Of a stretch of DNA of 64,000 nt, positions 28,331 to 39,987 are shown piece by piece (positions within the stretch are counted from its first letter, which is position 1; every line of letters begins with the position of its first letter). The notes below the pieces were generated by a model, which was not told the origin of the DNA, ran no database searches, and saw nothing but the letters and a program-made list of their open reading frames with translations. The DNA is from Balanoglossus misakiensis (Eukaryota; Animalia; Hemichordata). The stretch is from NCBI GenBank assembly GCA_040954595.2, contig JBECUI020000028.1, forward strand, positions 124,001-188,000, in the 5' to 3' direction. The position numbers and the translations under genes are program-made.

Positions 28331-29031
28331 AGTGTCTCGAAACCCGCTTATTGCTGTTCACAGCTATATTTGGCCTTGTAACTGTCATAAGTCGCTGGCT
28401 ATGAAACAGACACTCTATTCGACAAAAGTGCATTTTCCGTCATTAATCTCTATAATAAAACTGGCACAACTATCTGTAACTTGTGACTATTTTGTCAGTT
28501 TTATTGTTCTGTGTGTAAACCATGGTTTCTTGTTCGGCTCCCTATATCAGGATTAGTATTTGTCTTCTCAACTCTACCAGCATGTGTTTTTGTTGACAAA
28601 AAATGCATTCAAGCCCGGACTTGAATGCATTTCTTAATAGTAAGAATGGTCTACACACGTAAACATGACTTGTTGACTCATAGACATTTTGGGATAAATT
28701 CCAGGCAGGAGAACAAGGAAATGTGTGATGTGGTTGAAACATAAAACAAAAATTCTGAGAGAAGAACCAGATTCAAATAAATGCCCGTTAATGCATTTAT
28801 TTAAACCAATTTGAGAAAAAATGAAACAAATAACGCAAGTGAGGTTGAACTATTAAGCTTAGAATATTTATTTCCAGGTAATTGTCATATGTAAATGGCT
28901 TCAGTGTGATATTTTTGCATCCTGCATCGTATCATGGACAGTCATCTCAACATATAACTGTTATGTCAGAATGAAAGTCAGGATGAAAATTACTGTTAGG
29001 GACATTTTTAAAGAAAAACGCATGTATGATC

Positions 29032-30335
29032 ATGGCTAACCTTCTTAAAAATAATGTTGATGTGAGACTTCCAGGATAATGATGAGTCAAGAGTAACTCC
29101 AAGATAAACAGCAGATGAAACATTTTGTATTGGTAAATCAGAGACATATAAATCCCCCTCAGGATTAAATTTTGCCTGGGCTGTTTTGAAAATAACATAG
29201 TTTGTTTTGTCAATATTAATAGTAAGTTTATTTGACTTACACCAGGTCTGTACTTTAGTTAGCTAAACATTCAGAGTGGCAAGATCGATTTTGTCCTGCT
29301 TATCTGAACAAAATAAATTGGTATCATCTTCAAATAACCTGAGTTGAAAATAGTCTGAGGACCTGCAGATATCATTTATATATACTAGAAAAAGAAGTGG
29401 ACCTAGAATTGATCCCTGTGGAATCCCACAGGAGATCCTTTTCACTTTTGAAGTATAATTATTGACCTTGACATACTGTTGTCGGTCTTCTATATAAGTC
29501 TTAAACCAATTAAGTGTGGATCCCCTAATCCCATAGTGGCATAGCTTAGCTAACAAAATTGTGTGGTTAATCGTATCAAATGCCTTTTAAAAATCAATGA
29601 AGATACCGTTATCAATGTGCTTTTTCAGTTGTGAGATCTGCTAAAGCTAACTTGGTACTAAATTTCTTACGAAATCCATATTGGCTGTTAGTGGGAATAT
29701 CAAATTTTTCAAAAAAAGAACACAGTTGCTTATTTACAATAGACTCGTACAGCTTACTAAAGATTGGCAAGACAGAGATAGGTTTGTAATTTCCTATATC
29801 ATGAACACAACCCTTTTTAAAAATTGGTGTTACTCTTGCCATTTTCAGTTTCTCTGGAAAAATACCCTGTGACAAGGAAATATTAACAATATGAGCAAAT
29901 GGTTCTGTAATATAATCAGCTGATTCCTTTACAAGTTTTGGATAAATATCATCAAAACCAGCAGCTTTACAATGATCTAATACATTAATTTCTCTGAGTA
30001 TATCACCAGAATGCACAGGATGGAAAAAGAAAGAATGAAAATGACGAATACCAAGGCAATCATTGAAATTAGCGCTACAATGTATTTGTGATGCTAGATA
30101 GCGCTACAATGTATTTGTGATGCTAGATTTTGTCCAATGTTGACAAAAAAAAAATTAAAGGCGTCAGCTATATCAATATTTTTAGTAACAAAATTCCCGG
30201 GGTGTTTGTCATCTTTTATTTTTTGTGGAGCATTAACCTTTGAATTTTTGTTCAAGATTTCATTGATGACTTGCCATTTTTTGTGGTCCTTCCCAGAGGC
30301 TACAGACAGTTGCAATTTATCACAAAAATACTTCT
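29032..30335 (-). mobile_element. Internal RT fragment of the same LINE, copy 3
   Basis: Near-identical to 14650-15945; carries FEDD and the stop after LATLNV like copy 2; no 3' UTR or tail; small deletions and a local duplication near 30070-30128. Confidence 0.92.
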
Positions 30336-30376
30336 TTGTGTGGTTGAACTATAAGGCTAAGAATATTTATCTCCAA

Positions 30377-30580
30377 GTACATGTGTATATGTAGTGAATG
30401 AACGCTCAACCACAGACAACTTCCATCCCACTTGTAGATACGAGAGTGAAAAATCACGCCAATATAAATAATTGGTCTCTACCATCAATTCATGTTGGGT
30501 GAGGTTCTACTCTCTTATCATACAAGCAGGATGGAAGTTGTGTGTGATTGAACGTCCATTCACTACATATTCACATGTAC
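30377..30580. mobile_element. Small foldback MITE; a second degenerate copy lies at about 38930-39090
   Basis: GTACATGTGTATATGTAGTGAATG...ACAACTTCCATCC / GGATGGAAGTTGT...CATTCACTACATATTCACATGTAC; the internal CTTCCATCCCACTTGTAGA...GAGTGAAAAATC recurs near 38970. Confidence 0.7.
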
Positions 30581-30649
30581 ATTAACATAAACGGTATCTT
30601 GTATCAAACATAATTGATGGAAAAGGGCAGCAAGAGAGAGGACTTTGTC

Positions 30650-30850
30650 CTTTTAAGATTACATATCAACGGAAAATGGTCAGATCCAAACACTGTAGGG
30701 ATTTCAAACCGAGTGATATACAGAAACAATCTTGTTGAAATACAACAATAATTCACTGTACTTCTACCTCTGTTTGCTATACAAGTACAGTTACCATCCT
30801 CGTCTCCGGGAACTCTCCCATTTAAACAAAATGAACAGAAAGTGTACAAC
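30650..30850 (-). pseudogene. AP-endonuclease C-terminal fragment of a different LINE
   Basis: LNGRVPGDEDGNCTC...GRSTVNY...GSDHFPL within ORF 30604-31050. Confidence 0.7.
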
Positions 30851-31218
30851 ACAATGATATCAAACTTAGACCGAATTTTTTTAGTTTTATGTTTTGACTG
30901 TCGTGGGATTGTATAGTGAGACTTTCCCTCTCTGAGACCTCTCGCCGCAGCAGAAGTAATTTTGCATGTATGCCTTAGGTGGGATATTGTGGTATAGGAT
31001 AACGTTACATCGTACCTGAATTCGATACAATGTGCTGATGGCGTAAACATGCTACGAAACTCGATGCTTTATTCTTCTGTGCGGCACGCGAATTCTATCA
31101 GCCATCTGGTGCGTGCACAGAACAACTCACATTCGCGTTTGGTATCTTCACTAACAACCATCCACTCCCTTGCAATTGTCACGAGATTTGCTCGACATTT
31201 CCGCAGTTTACACGTCTC

Positions 31219-31750
31219 CCAAGATATATCTAATGCCAACATCAATAAAAGACTTGGACACACCCCTTTGTCTATATATGGGGATATACAAATTAGAAGT
31301 ATTGTATTCCTTTAAATTCAGTACTACATTCTTGGTTTCCGACGATTAAACAAGCATGCTTCTTCCAAAATATATCTAATAACAACATCAATAAAAGACT
31401 TGGACACACCCCTTTGTCTATATATGGGAATATACAAATTAGAAGTATTGTATTCCTTTAAATTCAGTACTACATTCTTGGTTTCCGACGATTAAACAAG
31501 CATGCTTCTTCCAAAATATATCTAATAAAAACATCAATAAAAGACTTGGACACACCCCTTTGTCTATATATGGGAATATACAAATTAGAAGTATTGTATT
31601 CCTTTAAATTCAGTACTACATTCTTGGTTTCCGACGATTAAACAAGCATGCTTCTTCCAAAATATATCTAATAAAAACATCAATAAAAGACTTAGACACA
31701 CGTTGTTTACCATATATGGGATTATTTAAATTAGAGGTTGATTATTCTTT
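31219..31750. repeat. 146-bp tandem repeat, about 3.5 copies
   Basis: ATCAATAAAAGACTT at 31241, 31387, 31533 and 31679. Confidence 0.95.
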
Positions 31751-32000
31751 TACCCCTTTCACCACTATAGTCCAGTCCAAACCAGTTGTTTTCCATGGGA
31801 AGGTTGGACATCTATAGAGGGGTCTGGGCTTGAAAGGGTTAAATTCAACACATGTAGTACTCTAGAGGCAATTGTACATAAAGTCGATCGAAAAAACATG
31901 ACGCCTATTGTATGATGGAATAATCTTGTGCGCACATGAGAGAAGCGGTTTTAAAGGCGTGGATATACCACGTCACACACGTCACTATATTCGCTCAACA

Positions 32001-35000
32001 ATGGGATAACTACATCGATGGCTGTGCTACTTTAGTATTGTATCCGTGGTAATTTTCTCACATACCGAGGTGACAGTGAACGGTATTGTAGACAATTTTC
32101 ATGTTTTCCACTTTAATGTATTCCTGATGGTAATCTCAGTATAAGAGTAGCAGTGTTTAACAACTTCATTATCTTGCCATAGACATGTCATTTCGAGGAA
32201 AGTGACAATGATCACAAATCATAACAGTTTTGAATTCTGTTATTAAATGTCAGAATATACGTTCAATCTATGTACCATCAGTTGCCAACACTATAAATAC
32301 TTGAAGTTAATGTAGACAATACACGTTTTTAAATTAACGTGCACATTCTAGTTCAGATTTAGAACTGTACTGCCAACACAAGATCTTAATCATGTTTGTA
32401 AATGCCATGTGTTTCAGCCCAAGAGCTTATATCCCTGATCGAAAATGAGTTGAAACTTTCCAACTATGAAACAACGTGGCTGGAAGCAAAAAGAGCATGT
32501 GAGCAGGACAGTGGGCATCTGTTGAGGTTTTACGACCAAGAGACCATGAATATAGTTGTCAGCTTTATAGCGTTATTGGTTTGGCGAGGTGATGTCCTAC
32601 CACATTCCGGTAAAGAGTAATAGAGTACCCAACTTTGTCATTACTGCTTGTTCATACGAACGATGTCTTCTCACTCAGAAGTATAATTGTTGTAATAATC
32701 AACATGACTTTTAAAGTAAACAAATCTACATGTATTACTCAACGTTCAACATGCTTTTCCTCTTTGCAATGGTTTACAGAATTCGTTTGGATCGACGCCA
32801 ATGATAGAGAGACTAATGGTCACTTTGTTCACTCAGACGGTTCGAGTATAGATAGAAGTATCGCAGTAATGGATTTGGTGTTTGGAACAGACACCAATTA
32901 CGGTGCACATTGTGGTGTAATATGGTAATGTTGTTTTAATTTTAAAGGGGTCTGACCTGACCTGCGTGTTGTGCGATTTATATTTGCAACGAGATCTCTA
33001 TTGGCGAGGCCTTTGATGTAGAACGGCTAATATGACAGAACCCCACGACCAGATGGATCAAGCGCGGTATTTGAACGAGTGCTGGTGGTGTATTCTGTTG
33101 CAGCACGATCTCGCCATCGGGTTCTGTTATTATTACATATGATACTCCCATTTTAGACGAAAACATCGAAAACACCATAAGAACACCATCCGAAAATTAA
33201 AGAAACGAGATCAGGCAACGATATTGGTTGTTTCGTGGACAGGTCACACTACGATGATATCACAATTTTTTATAGGCTAGTTACACCACACTCCCATCTT
33301 TCATTGGACAATGTTGTTTACTAGTCATACAACTAGTGGCACCCAGAAATGTATACATCGCCATACCAGAGGAACATACATTGTATAACGACATAACAAG
33401 ATAATTGAAAAGATTCCTACAACACAACCTGAAAAACCTGTCCTAAATATCAGCAAGTAACCTAGCACAACGACTGCGACTTTCACAGATGTCGGCATCA
33501 GTATGTCGCAAACAGGATACTGCAAGTGTCAGATGAAGAAACGGGGTGTAAACGTAAACGGCAGGCCATATGTAATATATGTAATATAGCTTTATCAATA
33601 CCAGTGAATTTTGAGACGTCATAGCTATACATTATTACTTATAATGTATGTGTTATTCGATGGACGCGCGACGCGCCCAAGAACCAGTGGACGTGTACAA
33701 TTTCCGACTGAATAACGGAGGATTTCGAACAATGCGAACATTTTAAGGGGTAAAAAAAGAAATGCAAACATAAACAGAATAAATACGGCGATATTTATTA
33801 ATTTCCAAACCCGACCTCGAACGGCGATTTGTTTATTTTTTTCTTCCTACTGCGTCGGTACATGTCGTCTGCTCTTGAATCACGCGCAGTCAACATGGCT
33901 CGCTCACGCACGTAAAGCAAACCTCTCGATGATGATGCTGGATTTGACATTCGTTCACCATACATACCGTGTACCATGTACCAAGCAGTCATGTCAACGA
34001 AGCTATACGTAAAAAAATTATGCCGCAAGTGTCACTGTCATGTTGTCTACGTGGTACGGAAGGTCGATCGAGGGCGAGTTTGTTTATGTATTGCAACCTT
34101 CGGAGCGCCCGTATACGTGAACTTTCCCGAGAACGCAAACGAATTTTTACTCGTTGCGGATTTAATTTTGAAATTCAGGAAAACGGAATTTGAAAACAGG
34201 TAAAAAGCAACATGCTTTACTAAAAAAAAACGGTTATCCATTCCACTTTTTGTTGCATCCACTATAAACTAAACCTATCACAAGCAAGAAGTCATAGTTG
34301 TCCGGCCTGACGTCAATTCTATTTTTTACGTCAATAAAGGTTTTCTGTAAAGAGTATTGTGGATAGATGGTATGCATTTGCATACAGAGGATAAATGGAC
34401 GCACTATGATGGGACACCACTGACTTACTTACCATGGGCGGACCACCAGCCATACGGTAGCCCTTGGAGAACATGTATTCGAGCGGATTTGTAATTATTT
34501 ATTTGTCTTCACCAAACCATGTTTCCCTAGCAGAATATTGGTGAATGTAACACCATCACAATTAGACACTCTAACGCAATGTATCCACAGTAAACAGTTT
34601 CGTCTGGATAAGGTGTACTGCTATGTTAACTAGAAAATGTACAGTGACTGCGCGTCCGTGATCTGTTGTCTCCATCTATAAGTAGAGCACATATGTGCAT
34701 CAAGTTGAGTAAGGATGTGTAGCTTAGGCCGACGATCATCTTATGCGCATGTGCGTACTTTCGTATGTACAAACAATACGTCCAACCCAAATGTTCTGCA
34801 AAGTTTGCCTTTGGCACATTCAAATAGTTGGCTGCATCCGCATCCTTTCTTATTGCATGGGCGCCGAATATGAGACTTTAGATTTGTCCCTTCGTTTAAT
34901 CCAATTTGTTGTCTGTTCCTGATCTCCAACACAGACTAGTCTCCGCCATCTTGTCTGTTGTTATAACAGCATACTGCCCGAGTCTCTAGTTTGGCTCATG

Positions 35001-37018
35001 CGCATAAGGCGTTCGTCGCCCTTTAATGAAGCCTAAGGAATGTGACACAATTCAGATTCAGCTGATAACATGTTTTAATGATTTTTCCTGATAATCGTAT
35101 TGAACAGAATTAGTAACGATTTTTTATTGTAATTTTTTAGAGCCACAAAATTGTACATTTTGGATGATTGTCTACTTTAACGAAGATTTGTCTGTCGATA
35201 TGGTAGGTGTATATGTTAAACTTTATCAAATCGTTCAACAGTAAACCAGAGACTCCCATGCAAATTGGTTAAGCAATACTTTTTGTATGAAGTAAAGACG
35301 AATGGCGACCTTTTAGGATTTTGGTCGGGTTTCTAATGTGTGCAGTTTCATTGTATTGCAAAGTTGTGGCGTAATAATTGTACCATGTTTGTTAATATGT
35401 TGAACTCTAAATAGATGTAACTTGAGTCACGAACGGTTGCGACATGCAAGTACTGAAATGTCGCCATCTCAGAAAAGAACTGCATCGCCACTTCTTGTAT
35501 TGGTTCTCTCTTGCGTGTCTAATAAAACCTTCGTCGCGAGAACGTTACATTATCCACATTACCGGCAGACAAAATAAGTGTAAACGTCCTCCAAAAATAA
35601 ACGGGAAACACGTTTTACTAAGAGGTGTATCCGATCTGCACCATCGATTTATTGCAGTTTGAATGAATGATGTTACCAGAAATTGCAATATTCAGCGTGG
35701 CAGTTTCTTGTCAGATATGGACCTAACATGCTTCAATGAATCACTAATACAAGCCGAAGTAAACATGGCGCCCTTTTGTGACCCAACGCTTCTTTGAATA
35801 CCACTTATCCTAAACCAGTTATATCTTGTGGGTTTTACATTACAGGTGAACCAGTGTCGAATACACCTGGGTATACAGACCATGTTAGCTCTGATGTTAC
35901 TGACACCAGTTATTCAAAAATGTCAACAGATGTCACAGAAGATACTGGCGCTGATGCTAAATCTGAAACTAGAATGACTGAAACAGAATCCTCGTTAGAG
36001 TTAGCCGTAATGCAGCGATACGAAACGACAGATAACGAAGTTCTGACAGACATCCCTGATTACAAGGGCACTGAGAGCGTGTCTGGTTTCATCTTGAAGG
36101 AAAACCCTAGCTACTATAACGGCTACAACTGTAGTGCATGGGGGGGATTTTTGCGCTATATAAACTTTGTTGCTTGATTGATTGATTGATGGGACTGAAC
36201 CAGACGTTGAGGGAGACCACACTGATTCTGTCTCCATATCAACAGATACAATCGACGCCAGCATCTTCTCTCAACATACTGCATGTAAAGGTCCACTGTG
36301 CCAACATTTCCCAAGCATTAGTGTTGTCGATGGCTATTCGAAAGTGCCCCGCTGTAAGTATAGGCCCACTGTGCTTCACAATCACAATTGTAGAAACAAA
36401 ACACAATCAAATAATATAAAATGAGACTGGGCGGCCTTAATATTTTTGAAACACCTGCATGATATCACTTCTTTATTTTGCCAGAGGTCCGTGCATCTTT
36501 CTTTCATGGTTTTGTCTTCTGGCTGCATTTATGGTTGTCTGTGCTAGGCCACGCTGTGCTGCTGATGTTGTGTGTGTGTGTGTGTTTGTGTGGGTGTGTG
36601 TGTGTGTGTGTATGTGTGTGTGGTTTTTGATTGGCCATTTACCAGTCAATGGTAAAATATATTTGTCTAGTGATTTTATTGAATATATAGATGGTTATGC
36701 TCGCAAATATATAATACTGTATTTCATAAGTAACCTGAATGGATCCTGCCCACGTCACAAGTAACCCGAATGAATCCTGTCCACGCCTATAGCCCAAGGC
36801 CTCATATTCTGCACTTTAAGCTTTTTTGCTATCAATTTTTTTTCTTGACAGGTGACGAACTCGGTAACAATGACAACACTTTCATGGTTCTAGTCCTAGG
36901 CTTTTTCGCTGCATATCTGGCTGTGCATATTGTGTTGATCCTCGGGATTTCGCGTTTTGTAAGAAACCTAGACCCTGCTCCGAAGTTGAAAAATGACAGA
37001 ATACTGTTCTGGCTTTGA
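32001..37018 (+). pseudogene. Multi-exon type I membrane C-type lectin gene (two CTLDs, Ser/Thr/acidic stalk, TM), probably pseudogenised
   Basis: Signal-peptide-like exon 32001-32082 (TAA at codon 3); exon 32418-32609 TWLEAKRACEQDSGHLL; exon 32780-32924 VWIDAND...SDGS...HCGVI; exon about 34353-34490 LWIDG...WTHYDGTPLTYLPWADHQP...TCI; stalk exon 35846-36353 with stop and frameshift near 36140-36180; last exon 36852-37018 with hydrophobic FMVLVLGFFAAYLAVHIVLILGI. GT-AG borders; AATAAA at about 37143 and 37464. Some CTLD exons were not located. Confidence 0.7.
36569..36621. repeat. (TG)n microsatellite, intronic
   Basis: Imperfect TG run. Confidence 0.9.
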
Positions 37019-39987
37019 GCTTTATCCGTGTTATTGATTCAATGATCGAATGCAAAATATTATTTATGATTGTTAGTTAGGTTTCTCTTACATTAAGCGC
37101 AACACTGTCGATTTATTACATTTAATAATTAAGATTAAGCTAAATAAAAAGGTCAGCATTTAAACCGTATTGGAATTGAATTGTAACTACATTTATTTTT
37201 GAACAAATGTGACACAGGTGTATTAATTATCGTAGGTTTCCAATGTATAGAGGACATATTCACTATGGACCTAGGTAGTTATTATGTGCACATGCGTATA
37301 TTCAACTACTGGAGGATATCTTTTTGGACTTACTGTAATACCTGTGCTGTATTGTGTTGTGTTTGTCTGTACAATATGCCATATAAATGTGATAATTGAT
37401 TGAATATATTTGGAATATGGATGGATATGATCGGAATTATTTGATTATGATTAGTGTTATTTTAATAAACGTACATACTTTCTTTCGCTATCACTTATAA
37501 CTTCGCATATGTGTTGTTGTTGTTTTTCCTGGAACGGAATTCGAAATACCGCCCAAGGCAGTAGTTGATGGTTGTGAGGTAATTGCAATAGTTTTGTTTG
37601 TCCCGATCGCCATGTTCCAGTGGGGCGTACAAATTTCGGTCTGTCCTTCCTTCACATGCGGAGATGAATTTCATTCAAATCTTGCAACACAAATGTCTAT
37701 AGTGCTGCATGTTTATCGTGAATGTCAGAGAACCATATGATTTGTTTACATTGCTCAAATCTGTTAAAAAGAACAATCCATCTCTCTTTGATCCTCTTGT
37801 TATACCCAGTACTCGCTAACCGAAATTTACTTTATCATCTTAATCTGTGGACGGGGCACACAGATTAAGTTGTTTGCAGGTGCTTAATTGGAAATGTGAT
37901 AGCTTTTATTTTGGATTAGCAAATAACAAGACAGGTGGGGAAAATGCAGATCGGAACTCCCCCATTTATAACTTTAATGTTTGCAGCCCCCCTGTCATAT
38001 CATCCAGTCATATTTTCAACCCTTTGTACACGTTCGTACGCCGCACTGATTGGGAAGAAATGTGTTAACACACTATTTTTGGATCTGGTGGCTTTAATAG
38101 TGGAGTGATGGAAATTATATTGGTCAATTTCAAATAACATAACATGAAACTATATTTCCCCACCCTGGTATAAAACCCTCTTCAGGTTGGGAATGGCTTG
38201 CCACATTGCCAAATTTTCTTTCTGGGACGCAGGTGAGCAGTTGAGCACTTAGATTGATGTATGTAAATTTGGCACTAAAATAACAACCGGTAATTCTTGA
38301 ATTATTAAAACTGGATTATAATTACATTATGATACTTTTATTTTAATACCTATCTGAAATCACATTACAAGTATAATAAATAACTTTTGCATTACAATTT
38401 ACATAAACTGCCTACCGATCTCTACTATTGTGAATCAAGACAATGTCAATGACCCTAATACACACTTCACACTACTACACATTTTATACTGATTCAGGGA
38501 TCCTCTGCTATCTGACATTCAACAGGCTTCTAGTCTAAAAATATTCAACCAATAGAATTTGAGCTTTCTTTTTACAGCACACTCATTATCATACCAATGG
38601 CCATCTGTGCGTCCACATTGATTAGGTATTATTGGCGGTCCAAACATATTACAGTCTTCCCCCCCCCCCCGCCTCTTCCAACTCAGTTGTAAGATTATCG
38701 ACTGTGTACATTTAAATTAACCAATGATAAAACATGTCCAATTTTGTCTCTGCCATACACTGTTGAGGAGAAATGTTTGATAGCTGATCGTTATTTTTGC
38801 CTGCACCTGTACTTTCAAACATTCTTGACTCGGACAGGACATGCGGCTGTACAACATTAAAGGGACAAAGTCTCTCTCTCGCTGCCCTTTTCTATTAATT
38901 ATGTTTGATACAAGACATGGATTACATTCTACATGTGGACATATAGTGAATCAACATTCGCCACACACAACTTCCATCCCACTTGTAGACACCAGAGTGA
39001 AAAATCTTGCCAAAATGAATAATTGGTGTTAATTTTTTTTTCGGCCAGATTTTTACTCTCATGTAAACAAACAGGATGGAAATTGTTTACAGTTAATTAA
39101 TGGTGACGTCAAAACATAGAGGGCGTCCATGGTAACTATACACTCTTTCCAATATTTATTGTTGGCTGGTTTTACTGTCAATCATGACAAAGTGCTCCCC
39201 AAAAAGCCTCAAGAACTGCCACTGTTTACATTATGTTCATTACTTTATTATCCCACTTTAAATAGATTGGTACATACTATAAGGCAAACATGAACATCTC
39301 ATCGACGCACAATTATGGCTGTATTTTGCAAATTATTCACATTATATATTTAATGTGTGCCGCACCCATTTCATCAGCCTCCATACAAACAGTACACTGC
39401 AGCTAACGTGGTAAGTGTCTCCAATAGAAGACAAACTGATGCAAATACAAGTTATATGACTTAATGCTGGGGATTTTAAATGATATTTGAAGTATTTTAT
39501 TGTGGAAAAAAACGGGAGAAATTTGACAGCTCTGGAGGCTTCAAACGATGTGTATATAGGAAATGTCCATCATTATCGGGAACTGAATTATATTAAAATG
39601 AAAATGCTTATTGTGGATTTTCTAGCTGAGCAATTTTAAACTTAGAATTAAGACCACTTATACTTAAAACCCATCTTTTTATGAAAGCATTTATACACTA
39701 ATTCTTTTACACTTTTTACAACTTTTATATACCTTTTTAGCGTTTTTATGTCGAATTTTTTAGCTTGTATTTTTAGTGTACTTTTCATCATGTAGTAAAG
39801 CGCATTGAGATTTTAGTCCATTATGTAATGCGCTATATAAGAAATAATAATTATTATTATTTTCATTATTTAGTAAAAACAACAGAAACATAATTAACTC
39901 AGGATTTGTTTTTCCTGCTTTTGTTAAATACTTCACAGAGAGCAATATTATCTAGGCGTTTTTATTAATGGTGTAATCGACTGAGGT

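Larger units (their letters stand above)
19001..28371 (+). mobile_element. Outer HINE (family B) split by nested family A copies
   Basis: Head hairpin AGGGTTTCGAGACC/GGTCTCGAAACCCT at 19004-19035; body resumes with (ATT)n at about 25299; 3' subterminal repeat GTCTCGAAACCC at 28334-28345, then palindrome GCTGTTCACAGC and TATATTT. Confidence 0.75.

Noticed and set aside
33580-35040. CpG-rich intronic segments with weak inverted ends (about 33590-34340 and 34725-35025)
   Set aside because: Probably old MITEs, but the ends are too degenerate and no TSD could be read.
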